From positions 1 through 64,000 of the IMG/VR virus record IMGVR_UViG_3300025849_000016: a stretch of 64,000 nt of DNA. The stretch is one strand, 5' to 3'. The DNA is from a virus. The position numbers and the translations under genes were made by a program. Position 1 is the stretch's first letter, and each line of letters begins with the position of its first letter. A model generated the notes under the pieces. It was not told the origin of the DNA. It was given only the letters and a program-made list of their open reading frames with translations, and did not search any database. Positions 29,052-39,100 of the stretch are shown piece after piece.

Positions 29052-30836
29052 TTATTCACTAGTACAAGTAATCAATGTTTTATATTCTGGTAGATAAAGA
29101 TAGTTAATTTTACTTTTACTTAATGTCCATAATGCATCTTCGAGTGTTTCAACTAGTGGCTCGCCACCTAAATTAAAACTAGTATTAAAGATAATTGGAC
29201 ACCCTGTAGCGTCTTTAAATGCTTTTATAAGGTTGTAATAATTTTCATTTTGCTCTCTGTTTACAGTTTGTATACGACAAGTGCCATCTACATGAATGAT
29301 AGCAGGAATCTTTTCTTCGACGCCTGGCTGACAGTTTACCGCATACATCATTGTAGGCGAACTTTCCATGCCACGTAAGTCAAACCATTCGTGTACATCT
29401 TCTTCTAGTATACTACCTGCAAATGGACGGAAGTATTCCCTATGCTTTACACTATTAACAAAGTCTTTACCATTAGGGTCAGTTGGATCGTATAAAATAC
29501 TTCTATTACCCAATGCACGTGGACCATTTTCACTTTTACCTTGAAATATGCTTACAATATTTTTATCTGTAATTAACTTTATAACATCTTCGTTAGTTGC
29601 TGATTGTACTGTAGCATTATATTTAGATGCTATTTTATTAATATCATCAGATGAATATTGATAAGAGAATCCTTCATAAAGTGTTTCTTTTCTTTCACGC
29701 ACATTAGTATCTCTACTAATGTTATACCATTGTAATAGTGCAGCACCCATTGCTGTACCGCTATCATTAGATACAGGCTCTACATATATTTCTATATCTT
29801 TATCTAAATTATCTAAGTAATAATAATTTGCAACACAATTTAGTCCGTAGCCTCCACTAATAACAACTTTATTTTGTCCAGTCATTTCTACTGCTTTGTG
29901 AATTAATTTTAAAACTTGTTCTTGTGTTTGTGTTTGCACTGCATATGCAAGATCTCTTCTATTTTGCAATAATGTTAAATCTTGACCTTCTTCGCCGCTA
30001 TCAGATAATTCTAGATAAACATCTTTATTTATATATGCACCATTTGGATAAGTAGGAATAATTAAATTTCTATTGCTCACATCACCGTAGGCAGTTTCAT
30101 GAAATAATGATGGAATGTTATTGTTAGGTTTACCATAAGGAAATAATCCCATAGTTTTACCTGCTTCGATAAAATTCCAACCACAGTATTCTGTTACTGC
30201 TTCGTATGTTTTTGTAATTCCGGCTTTTTCAAATACATAGGCTTCGTGAGATTCGTTGTCATTAAATATTCCGCCATCAATATTAGTTGCAAATTTTTCA
30301 ACAGTCGGGCCTGTAGTTCCTATGTTTTTTCTAATTGTTTGTATATTGTTAGGATACGAACAATTAAAAATTGTTTCAACTTCCCAAACTACATTATCTC
30401 CCATATTAATAAATGTACCTGCACCGTCGACTACTACGCCTGCTGCTGTATCAAATCCGCTACGATAAAATGCACACGCAGCATGTAATTTATGATGATA
30501 AGAACTCATATCTATTACTTGAGGATGGTCAAACGGATTTTCTTTCCTACTAATTAACCCTAGTTTTCTAGCAAGCCCAGTGTATACATCATCACCACTA
30601 AAATCTATTCTTGATGCTTCTGCTAATGGTTGGGTATGTGCAATAACTAGATAGTCTATTTTATCTGTATATTCTAATATTTTATACATTCCTGCAAAAG
30701 GGCCGCCGTCATATTTTTGACGGCTTAGTCTTTCTTCTTCTATATTAAATATCACTTCGCCGTCTTTTAAAAGACATACACTACTATTATGTCCTCTAGC
30801 AATAGCTGCAATCCAAATAGAATCTGTTTTAATCAT
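29052..30836 (-). CDS. O-carbamoyltransferase, NodU/CmcH/TobZ family
   Basis: HNSS, EEERLSRQKYD, HHKLHAA, VVDGAG, GKTMGL.PYG, GGYGLNCVAN, NDSG, ENGPRALGNRSI, VKHREYFRPFA, HVDGTCRIQTV, NTSFN..GEP. Confidence 0.95.
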   Translation of the reverse strand: MIKTDSIWIAAIARGHNSSVCLLKDGEVIFNIEEERLSRQKYDGGPFAGMYKILEYTDKIDYLVIAHTQPLAEASRIDFSGDDVYTGLARKLGLISRKENPFDHPQVIDMSSYHHKLHAACAFYRSGFDTAAGVVVDGAGTFINMGDNVVWEVETIFNCSYPNNIQTIRKNIGTTGPTVEKFATNIDGGIFNDNESHEAYVFEKAGITKTYEAVTEYCGWNFIEAGKTMGLFPYGKPNNNIPSLFHETAYGDVSNRNLIIPTYPNGAYINKDVYLELSDSGEEGQDLTLLQNRRDLAYAVQTQTQEQVLKLIHKAVEMTGQNKVVISGGYGLNCVANYYYLDNLDKDIEIYVEPVSNDSGTAMGAALLQWYNISRDTNVRERKETLYEGFSYQYSSDDINKIASKYNATVQSATNEDVIKLITDKNIVSIFQGKSENGPRALGNRSILYDPTDPNGKDFVNSVKHREYFRPFAGSILEEDVHEWFDLRGMESSPTMMYAVNCQPGVEEKIPAIIHVDGTCRIQTVNREQNENYYNLIKAFKDATGCPIIFNTSFNLGGEPLVETLEDALWTLSKSKINYLYLPEYKTLITCTSE

Positions 30837-31807
30837 TATGCTGCATCCTTAACAACCGGTTTACCGTTCCATTTTTTTTGATTTTTAATACACGATTCAA
30901 CAATAACATTTTCTATTTTCTCATTCATACGCATAATACCTTCATTCATTCTATCTGTATATTCATCTACAGTTATACGAATTGGACTGTAAATTTTAAC
31001 ATCATCGCCCATATCTAATATATCAAAATATTTACAATTAGGGTAACTAACATTAATGTCAAATGTACTTCCTAATACTATTGTTGTCGGAACATTAAGT
31101 GCGTATGATAAATGCTGACCGACACTATCGCACCCTAAAAAATAATCAGATTGGTTAATTATAGCAGCCCATTCTCTTAAAGATGCACCTTGAGGGATTG
31201 CAATAGGTTCCTTAATATCATATTCGTCAAACTGTATACCTATTTCAGACATAAACACTACAGCGAATTTTTTTGAAAGTTGTTTAACAATGCTTATAAC
31301 AGACTCAGGTTCAAAGCTTCGTCCAGTAGGATCTATAATCATACCTTCTTCATTATGAATTCCTCTGCCAAATGGTTGGAATACTATTATCTTATCTTTT
31401 TTTGTTTTTTCTTTTATTTCTTTTATAAGTTTTTGAGCAAATACAGTTTCTTGTTTTCCCAAATATATTTTAGGTTGAGGCAAGTCTCTTAAACCTTTTT
31501 TATTAATTTCTATATCATATGCTTGGCCAATGCTACATTTTTGATTATAGTATTCCCATACTCTGTACGGTTCAGGACTTAATAAATTCATATCTTTTAA
31601 TTTATCTTCAAATAAATTTTTATGCCATGTATCGTATGCACGTTTATGTAGTGAAGGATGCCCTTTGTAAAAATCAGTGCCTCCTTCACATACTATGATA
31701 AAATCATCATTTGGATTTTCTTTTTCAAATAATTCTAATGCAGGTATACTAGTAATTACTCTACCAGCGCCACCGTTTATAAAAATTGCTGTATTTCTGT
31801 TGGACAT
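30836..31807 (-). CDS. GT-B glycosyltransferase, GT9 (heptosyltransferase)-like
   Basis: C-terminal LREWAAII..SDYFLGCDSVGQHLSYALNVPTTIVLGST matches the GT9 signature; P.IYL and IVFQPFG; N-terminal GGAGRVITSIPAL; TAATG-coupled to the carbamoyltransferase. Confidence 0.75.
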   Translation of the reverse strand: MSNRNTAIFINGGAGRVITSIPALELFEKENPNDDFIIVCEGGTDFYKGHPSLHKRAYDTWHKNLFEDKLKDMNLLSPEPYRVWEYYNQKCSIGQAYDIEINKKGLRDLPQPKIYLGKQETVFAQKLIKEIKEKTKKDKIIVFQPFGRGIHNEEGMIIDPTGRSFEPESVISIVKQLSKKFAVVFMSEIGIQFDEYDIKEPIAIPQGASLREWAAIINQSDYFLGCDSVGQHLSYALNVPTTIVLGSTFDINVSYPNCKYFDILDMGDDVKIYSPIRITVDEYTDRMNEGIMRMNEKIENVIVESCIKNQKKWNGKPVVKDAA

Positions 31808-31846
31808 AAAAATACCTCCCTATGAATTATTTATAGAGAGGTATTT
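31808..31846 (-). promoter_or_regulatory. Hairpin enclosing a perfect T4 late promoter TATAAATA and pairing the RBS of the GT9 gene
   Basis: Minus strand AAATACCTC-TCTATAAATAATTCATAGG-GAGGTATTT-TT-ATG; promoter at 31828-31835. Confidence 0.7.
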
Positions 31847-31865
31847 AAGATTAGTTTAAAAGTGG

Positions 31866-32525
31866 TTACTCTGGGTCCGGAAGTTCATTTCCTGGAGTAA
31901 TTTCATCATTAGGATTTTCAGGAACTGTAGGAAATCTAACCTCCCAAGGTTCATAATCTGCCCAAGTTGTAGTAAGATTTCTTAATGCTGTTCTATATTC
32001 TTCCCATGGACTTTTAATTGCATCCGGAATATCTTCTCTAACTCTTGCATCAGACCATACTAATAATCCATCTCTCGATGCTCTAATATCATCCCATGTT
32101 TTTAAATCACGTTCCCAAACATAAGACCAAGTTTTAGTAGCAGCATCATACGATACCCCTTCATTACGATACACTTCATGTGGCGGTAATGGATCGTAAT
32201 CTCTAAGAGAAGTACCATCTGGTAATTCCCAAGATCTCGTCGGTGCGTTGCCGTCAAAGTCTGTAGCTATTAATGTTGCTACTAAAGGATCAACAGTTGG
32301 GTCAACTTCTACTTTTATTTCAGTAGGTACAGGATTAAATGTTTCACCATCTGTTTCTACTGTTAAATAATTTCTTGGTTCTAAAGTACCGTCTAGACTA
32401 TCAACAAATACCCATAATCTATCTGGACCTGTATAAGTCCACGATGCATTAGTATAATTTTCTAAATTAGGCTCACCGCGTTTGTTAGGTGTTTTATAGC
32501 TAAAATTTACACTTATTGTTGTCAT
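31866..32525 (-). CDS. Tail fibre assembly chaperone-like protein (paralogue 1)
   Basis: C-terminal WDDIRASRDGLL.WSD....D.P.....WEEYRTALRNL...FP..P (phage tail assembly chaperone motif); YTGPDRLWVFVD shared with 34054-34704. Confidence 0.8.
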   Translation of the reverse strand: MTTISVNFSYKTPNKRGEPNLENYTNASWTYTGPDRLWVFVDSLDGTLEPRNYLTVETDGETFNPVPTEIKVEVDPTVDPLVATLIATDFDGNAPTRSWELPDGTSLRDYDPLPPHEVYRNEGVSYDAATKTWSYVWERDLKTWDDIRASRDGLLVWSDARVREDIPDAIKSPWEEYRTALRNLTTTWADYEPWEVRFPTVPENPNDEITPGNELPDPE

Positions 32526-32533
32526 TACTAATC

Positions 32534-33277
32534 CTATCTAAATATTAAATATACTTGGCCGCCGGCGCCCGGTGTTCCACATTGGCTAGTACAACCGCCT
32601 TGTGTATGCGATGTCATACCACCTCCGCCTGGAAATGTTCCGAAGTAACATCCTGCGCCATATCTATTCATACAGCAACCATTTTCAAACATACGTGTAT
32701 GTCCTGTCATTGCAGGTCCTGGATTAACTTCATATGTGTGCTGATAACACCAATTGTTACCGAACACATATGATAAATTTCTTGGATGTATGGTACTAGT
32801 TACTCCGGTACCGGCAACATTGCCGCCTGTTTCTTGACAAACACGCTGACATGTGTAGCAATTGAACCCATTACATTGCCAGTAGCCATGACATCCGCCA
32901 CATGCTATAACACACCATGCACCAGGTTTACAAACATATGAGTTGTTGCCATTTTCGCAACTACTGTAGCTTCTACAACATGTTGAACCAGCTGCGCATA
33001 TAGTAACACTATCACCAGCTGAAACCGGTGCATGAAATTCTACATAACCACCTGGACTGCCACCGCAACCATATGTACAACAATAGCCACCTGCGCCAGC
33101 GCCGCCGCCTGCCCAAACTTCTCCACTTACGCCTTTAACACCAGTCGGAACTGTAAAAAGACAGCAAAAGCCGCCATTATTACCTGTATCAATGTTAGTG
33201 TTAAACACTGTTATTTCTGTAGGAGTCTGTGCGCCACCTGCATCGTATCCGTATAAATATTCTCTTAAATTAGCCAT
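32534..33277 (-). CDS. Cys-rich (23 Cys) glycine-rich-domain fibre/adhesin-like protein A
   Basis: NNGGFCCLFTVP.GV...EVWAGGGAG ... GTPGAGGQVYLIF; AAGGA RBS. Confidence 0.65.
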   Translation of the reverse strand: MANLREYLYGYDAGGAQTPTEITVFNTNIDTGNNGGFCCLFTVPTGVKGVSGEVWAGGGAGAGGYCCTYGCGGSPGGYVEFHAPVSAGDSVTICAAGSTCCRSYSSCENGNNSYVCKPGAWCVIACGGCHGYWQCNGFNCYTCQRVCQETGGNVAGTGVTSTIHPRNLSYVFGNNWCYQHTYEVNPGPAMTGHTRMFENGCCMNRYGAGCYFGTFPGGGGMTSHTQGGCTSQCGTPGAGGQVYLIFR

Positions 33278-33286
33278 TTTACATCC

Positions 33287-34036
33287 TTACTCTGAAGCAA
33301 CATACAATAATTGTACCATACCTGAACCGCCGGGAGCACCACAGTATGTACCGCTTGAACTATTACCACTCATGCCACCATGTCCTGGATAAGGTACACA
33401 GTTCCCCATAAATGCTAACCCGTGACAGTTTGCACAACCAGTCGTACTCCATATTCCTGTTGTGTGTGCATACGGTGCTCCAGGAGCAAACTGTTTAAAG
33501 TTACACTTACCGCCATATGTCCATTTTCCGTGTCCTTGTACAGGACGTATACATAATGTTGCACCAAGTATACAACCTGTTTGGCAGTTATTTAATGAAT
33601 TGCCGCATTGACAGTTGCCGTAACTGAGTGTACAACCTCCACTGCCGCCGCTTACACACAGACAGCAAGTGCTTGCTTTACACATATAAGATCCAAATCC
33701 GGTACACCCACAACATGAACTTAGACAACATGTAGTACCGCCTGCACATATAGTCCAATTGTCACCTGGAGTTACATCAAATATTTTTCTTCCGTATGCA
33801 CCTGGTCCACCGCTTCTGCCTGCGTGACAATTAGGTGCTCCAGCGCCAGAGCCGCCGCCGCCCCAGGCTTCAACACCTATCCATGTAACGTTGTCAGGCA
33901 CTGTCCATAAACAACATCTGCCGCCGTTATTTACTGCTGATGGACTACTTGCAAGTATTCGTGTAACAGTCATAGTTCCGTTAGTAGGTACATCCCCGCC
34001 GCTGCCAAATTCTAGTAATGTTCTTAAACCTGCCAT
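33287..34036 (-). CDS. Cys-rich (24 Cys) glycine-rich-domain fibre/adhesin-like protein B
   Basis: NNGGRCCLWTVP.NV...EAWGGGGSG ... GAPGGSGMVQLLY; AAGGA RBS. Confidence 0.65.
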   Translation of the reverse strand: MAGLRTLLEFGSGGDVPTNGTMTVTRILASSPSAVNNGGRCCLWTVPDNVTWIGVEAWGGGGSGAGAPNCHAGRSGGPGAYGRKIFDVTPGDNWTICAGGTTCCLSSCCGCTGFGSYMCKASTCCLCVSGGSGGCTLSYGNCQCGNSLNNCQTGCILGATLCIRPVQGHGKWTYGGKCNFKQFAPGAPYAHTTGIWSTTGCANCHGLAFMGNCVPYPGHGGMSGNSSSGTYCGAPGGSGMVQLLYVASE

Positions 34037-34053
34037 TTTAAATCCTTAAATAA

Positions 34054-34704
34054 TTATGCTGAGTTTTCTGGTGATTCAGGAAATACTACTTTATGCGGAT
34101 CAACTCCTGCCCACTGTGTTGGTAATGCTCTTAGTGCTGTTCTATAAGCTACCCACGTTGCTTTTAAAGCAGATGGCATATCTTCAGCCATCATATTATC
34201 TGATCCTTCTAAAGCAGAATTTCTTGCTGCACGTAACAGATCCCAAGTAAATTCTGATTCTTTAAAACTATACGTCCACGCTCCGTCTGCATAACGCACT
34301 GTTTCAGGATCAATTATTTCTTCTGGATTTTGAGGCCAGTCGTAGCTATATGTTGCTGTAGTGTCATCGGCTAATGTAATTGTTTCAGATACTGTTTCTC
34401 TTGCAGTTTGTTGTGTATATCCGCTAATATCTAATAAAGATGCTATTACTGGATCGTCATTAGAGTTTACAATTACCTTTACAGCACCACCTGGTGTGCC
34501 TATATCTGCTCCGTCGTTTTCGTCTGTTAATGTCGGCCACATGCCTTGTGATAGTATTCCTGTTGTTTCGTCTACAAATACATACCATTTATCTGGTCCT
34601 GTATAAGTTGCATTAACTGTTACATTGTTGCTAGTAGATGTGCTATATTGCTCATCTGGAGCAGTAAATGTAAATGCTTTAGTTATGATATTATTGTTTG
34701 GCAT
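34054..34704 (-). CDS. Tail fibre assembly chaperone-like protein (paralogue 2)
   Basis: WDLLRAARNSALEGSD...EDMP.....WVAYRTALRALP...FPESP. Confidence 0.8.
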   Translation of the reverse strand: MPNNNIITKAFTFTAPDEQYSTSTSNNVTVNATYTGPDKWYVFVDETTGILSQGMWPTLTDENDGADIGTPGGAVKVIVNSNDDPVIASLLDISGYTQQTARETVSETITLADDTTATYSYDWPQNPEEIIDPETVRYADGAWTYSFKESEFTWDLLRAARNSALEGSDNMMAEDMPSALKATWVAYRTALRALPTQWAGVDPHKVVFPESPENSA

Positions 34705-34715
34705 TTTTTCTTTCC

Positions 34716-35447
34716 TTATGCAAATGACACTCTAATTACTCCGCCCATTCCTGGAGTACCACAACGGCAAACTCCTGAACATGTTATAGCGTTTGATCCA
34801 GGACCTGCTGGAAAGTGTCCGTATCCAAAGCAGCAAGCATTACAATATGTTGTATTCAGGCAAGTTGATCTTGTAGCATTAAAAGTACCTAATTGATAAG
34901 CACCTCCCATGATCCATTTTTGTGTGTTCATACAACTTCCTTCTGAATGAGTTGTGCCTCTGATTCCCGGCATACACCAGTCACCAGCTGTCTGTTTACA
35001 CACAACACATCCAGAACAGCAAGTAGGTACAGCTAATGTAAAACACGATGTTCTACCTGGTTCACCAGATGGTGCGCATGTTGTTGCTATTCCTGATCCT
35101 GATACAAATGTAGTTTGTCCAGCTGAGCCGCCGCAGCTACTTTGACAACACCCGCTACCTGCTGCACAAAGCGTATATGTACAGCCTGCTTGTGTTGTTA
35201 CAGTACGCATTGCATACATACCGCCTGATCCTGTATATACCGGAGCTTGACAACATCTTGCTGCTGGGCCATCAGCTCCTGATCCCCATAATTCAAATGT
35301 TACTTGTGTTACTCCGTCTGGCACAGTCCATAAGCAACACCGACCACCATTGGTAACGCCCCTAGTGTCGTTTGATATTACTATACTATTGACCCCGGGG
35401 TTAGTTTGTGGAGCTAGATCTGATTTTAAACTGCTTAAACTTGCCAT
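34716..35447 (-). CDS. Cys-rich (24 Cys) glycine-rich-domain fibre/adhesin-like protein C
   Basis: TNGGRCCLWTVPDGV...ELWGSG ... GTPGMGGVIRVSF; AGGA RBS. Confidence 0.65.
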   Translation of the reverse strand: MASLSSLKSDLAPQTNPGVNSIVISNDTRGVTNGGRCCLWTVPDGVTQVTFELWGSGADGPAARCCQAPVYTGSGGMYAMRTVTTQAGCTYTLCAAGSGCCQSSCGGSAGQTTFVSGSGIATTCAPSGEPGRTSCFTLAVPTCCSGCVVCKQTAGDWCMPGIRGTTHSEGSCMNTQKWIMGGAYQLGTFNATRSTCLNTTYCNACCFGYGHFPAGPGSNAITCSGVCRCGTPGMGGVIRVSFA

Positions 35448-35462
35448 TGTATTTTCCTAAAA

Positions 35463-35795
35463 TTACGATCCTGCTAAGACCCATCCATATGTTGCGCCAC
35501 TATATACTAATGTAGCTGAACTATTTCCGATATCTAATGCTAAATCTTCAGCTAACCCGTGTATGTTATGCCCGTTTCTTGCTAATGTACAATTGTTAGT
35601 ACCAAAGTTTCCAGCAACATCAATAAATTGAATAGTATCATTTATTAGTGTTGTTGCTGTACTCGGTAGTGTAACTGTAACTGCTACTGACGAAGTGTCA
35701 ATAAGTAGACGTTCATTTGCTACTGCGGTTGTGTTTCCGGATATTGCACGTACTGTAGTGCTTGCCGAACCTGTTGTTGTAATGTATCTTGCCAT
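35463..35795 (-). CDS. Single-domain fibre connector protein (T4 gp34/gp9-like repeat domain)
   Basis: IDTSS..VTVTLP...DTIQFIDVAGNFGTNNCTLARNG.NI.G..EDL.LD...LVY...YGW; GATAAATA at 35815-35822. Confidence 0.65.
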   Translation of the reverse strand: MARYITTTGSASTTVRAISGNTTAVANERLLIDTSSVAVTVTLPSTATTLINDTIQFIDVAGNFGTNNCTLARNGHNIHGLAEDLALDIGNSSATLVYSGATYGWVLAGS

Positions 35796-35820
35796 TTCTA
35801 TTCCTTACTACATGTATTTA

Positions 35821-36147
35821 TCAAGATGAAGGTAATGGTGTTTCAACACCAAATCCCACTGCACTTACGTTAGCTGAGTTTGCACGTACAACTAACTTTT
35901 GGGCAGCACCCAATGCAATGCCCGTTCTCTCCAAAACTCCTTTTGGAGGTATTTCTGTTTCATACTCTATATACTCGCTTGCTGTAGGCACGTCTGCGTC
36001 TGAAACAGATAATCTAATTGTTATAGTTTGGTTTCCTCTGTTACAAAACGATACACTAGCAATAGTAAATGTCTGTGCTGGCACAGTATATAGTGTTGTG
36101 TCTGTTGAAGCGCTTAAATCGTTTGCGCCTAATCTTCCCGATGCCAT
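35821..36147 (-). CDS. Small beta-sandwich virion protein (similar to 59077-59406)
   Basis: 108 aa, TLYTVP...CNR...IPPKGVLERTGI; AAGGA RBS. Confidence 0.6.
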   Translation of the reverse strand: MASGRLGANDLSASTDTTLYTVPAQTFTIASVSFCNRGNQTITIRLSVSDADVPTASEYIEYETEIPPKGVLERTGIALGAAQKLVVRANSANVSAVGFGVETPLPSS

Positions 36148-36162
36148 ATTTCTTTCCTTTAT

Positions 36163-39100
36163 CTATGCGTTTAAAAAGTACTGTAACGCTAATGGTGTTC
36201 CAGATACCCCTTGGGCGAAGTTTGTTGTTGCTCCTACAATAATTGTAGAATTATCAGTTGTGGAAATAGTATTTCCTGTAATTTGTATATTACCTGCAAT
36301 TAAAGTATTAACATTTAGAGTAGCACCACCGCCACCAATTTGTGCATTAATATACGTTCTAATAGCTCGTTGTGTTGGAACAATATTATCACTATCAGCT
36401 GCAAAAGTACCGTCGGTACTAAATTCTCTAATTGTAGCACTTGTTCCGCCTAAGCTAACACTACCAAGTTGTAGTTCTTGTAGTCCGCTAACACTAAAGT
36501 TATCAGCATCTAGTGTAGCAGTACCTGTTGCTTGTTCAACTGTAAATAAGTCACCAACTCTAAAGTTACCATCTTGGTCAGTTGATGTATAGAACACTCG
36601 ACCTCCGCCATTTTCTTTAATTTCGTTTTGTGAGTTAGGACTATTGCTCGGTATTCCTGGATAATTAGTTTCTGTAAAATTTCCTGTACCAATATCTAGG
36701 AAGTCATGACCTGTTAATCGCACCTGTGAGTAGCGTATTCTTAATGTTACTTGCGCAGCGTGTGCTGGTTCTAAATCTACTTCAATATCTGGACTTACTT
36801 GTAATCTAGCAGCATACGGCCCAGATCCTGTAAGTTCAAAAACTTCGACAAGTTTATAAATTGTTGGATCGCCTGCAATTTGTACATTTGATCCTGGAAG
36901 AGGTTCTTCTATTGATCCTTCTACATATAGATACTTACCACTTTGTTTAACATCAGCATAACCGTCGCCGTCGATTGATGTACTACAAGATTCATAACCT
37001 GTTCCTCGATTACTAAATGTCGGAGCAGTCAAAACACCGTCGCCTATTCTAACTTCAAGTGGAGCATCTACAGTATTAATTGGATCAGTAATTGTTACTG
37101 TTGGTGGATTAATTGGATCGTATCCTGATCCAGTTTCAAATAAAGATATTTGAAATATTTTTCCGCTTGCAACTTTTACTCTACCTCTTGCAGTTGTTCC
37201 AGATACTGGATCACCAATAACTATCCTAGGTTCGACTTTGTATTGAGATGTTTGGTCTAATGTAGTTTCGATTGCTGTTCCGGGCACAAGATGATCCCAT
37301 CCGCTTGAATCGTCACTCATTTTCTTAATTGTTGCAAGTTTTGTACCAGCATTGTACGTATCAATATATCCATATTGTCCTACGCCTAAACCGTCTTCTA
37401 TATATACTGCCATGCCAATATAATCTGAACTATTAGCTGTATCTGTTGCTGATAAATTTATTGTAGTACTTGTACCTGCTTGAGCATTATTAATTGATGT
37501 TTGATAATCTTCGCCCCCATATTGTCCAGCAGTGTTTAATAATCTAATTTCAAAAATGCCGCCATCATTTACATTTACAGTACCTACCGCAGCATCAATG
37601 CCCTCACCAATAAATGTATAAGTTGCAGTTGTATATGATACACCAGCATTTGCATATTCTAATGCTAATACTCGATCACCATCTGTGATTGTATTTGCTA
37701 TAATTGCTTCAGCATAATAGTTATTAACTGTACTTGTATTTGGAGTTTCTGTTGAATCAATACCTTCAGCAACTGATCCAAAGTCTCCGTAAGAGTTGTT
37801 ACCATTTGTAGCACGAATCTTACCACCGTCTTCTGCTAGGTAACCAATATGGTTATAGTATGTAAACACACTAACAAGTTCTGATCTACCTAAGTTTGTA
37901 ACCCAGTAACCGATACCGTCACTTAAAATTTGTGTAAAGTCGTTAGCAACAATACTGTCGTTTCCGCCGTCATGTAATGCACCGTCAACTTTTAATCCAA
38001 TGCACCCGTTGCCAAATGTTGATACATTTTGAATATATGGTGATTTACTATGTATCCATGCTAACCTATCTGTTGAGTCTTCGCCTGGGTCTAATGATAC
38101 ATACGCACCAGCAGTCGGACGACTAGTTCCATATGAATTTGCTCCAGTTAGTGTACCATTTAGTCCAGAAAGAGAAACATTTCTTATACCACAGCCGTTA
38201 CGTACATAAAACATGTTTGATGTTTCAAAACCTGTGTCTGGTTTAATTCTAACTGAACGTAGTTCGTCACCTACAAGTGCAGTATGTGCAGGTATTGATA
38301 TAGGTAATGTTTCTAAATATTCACCTGTTTTAATAAACACTGTTGTATTTACAACTTGTTCTGCAGGTAAACTATTTAAATTACCAGCAGTAATTGAAGC
38401 TGTAATAAGTCCTACTAACGTATCATAAGTTGCTTCTGCATCTGCTTCTTCTGTTTTAGTGCCATCAATTGTTTGTGTGACAGGTGTTACAACACTGTTT
38501 TCAGTTTGATAGTTTGTAGCCGGAGCAACATTACTTAACACTGCATCAACAACTTCTAAACTATAATTTATAGATGCTACTGTTTCAGTTTCTTGTCCGG
38601 TGATATAACTTGCACCTGCTTCGGTAAAATATGATTGTGCTGTTTTTCTTGTTTCAACATTTCCGCCATGTGATATATCATATCCTACTGCTTTTACAAT
38701 CTTTTTCATATCACGTAAGCACAGAGCTTTATCATATGTAAATCCGCCTGTAAATGGTGCAATAGCATTTGCAATTTGATAATCAGTCCATTCAACAACT
38801 TCTGCAGCAATAAAATCTATGTTTGCATCTAATAATGCCTTTGCATTATGACGCTGTGTTGACTGTAAAATATAGTCCATGCAATATTTTACAGTTAAAA
38901 ACGGTCTATCTAAAGTAGTTCCGTAACCAGATGCATTAACTCCGCTTGGTGAAACATAAAATACATTATTTACAAAACCAAAGTCAATCCATTCCGGTGC
39001 AGTAGCAGAAGAGTTAACAGCTAAAACTTGCCCTGGAGATCCGATAGGTAATCTAGCTGGACCAGATCCTGCAAAATAAAGTATGTCGCCGTCAGTAGTT

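Noticed and set aside
17940-31807. Host chromosomal LPS locus, prophage, or DNA-hypermodification cluster
   Set aside because: The enzymes are interleaved with virion genes and the GT9/carbamoyltransferase pair has a phage late promoter; no integrase, bacterial housekeeping genes or base-modifying enzymes are present. Host-surface modification remains a possible alternative function
32885-33445. CxxCH motifs (CGGCH, CANCH) in two Cys-rich proteins, suggesting c-type cytochromes
   Set aside because: They are at non-equivalent positions, absent from the third paralogue, expected by chance at ~10% Cys, and there is no export signal for heme attachment
27526-36592. Long + strand ORFs 27526-28239 (237 aa) and 35789-36592 (267 aa)
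   Set aside because: Fully antisense to well-supported minus-strand genes; no recognisable motifs
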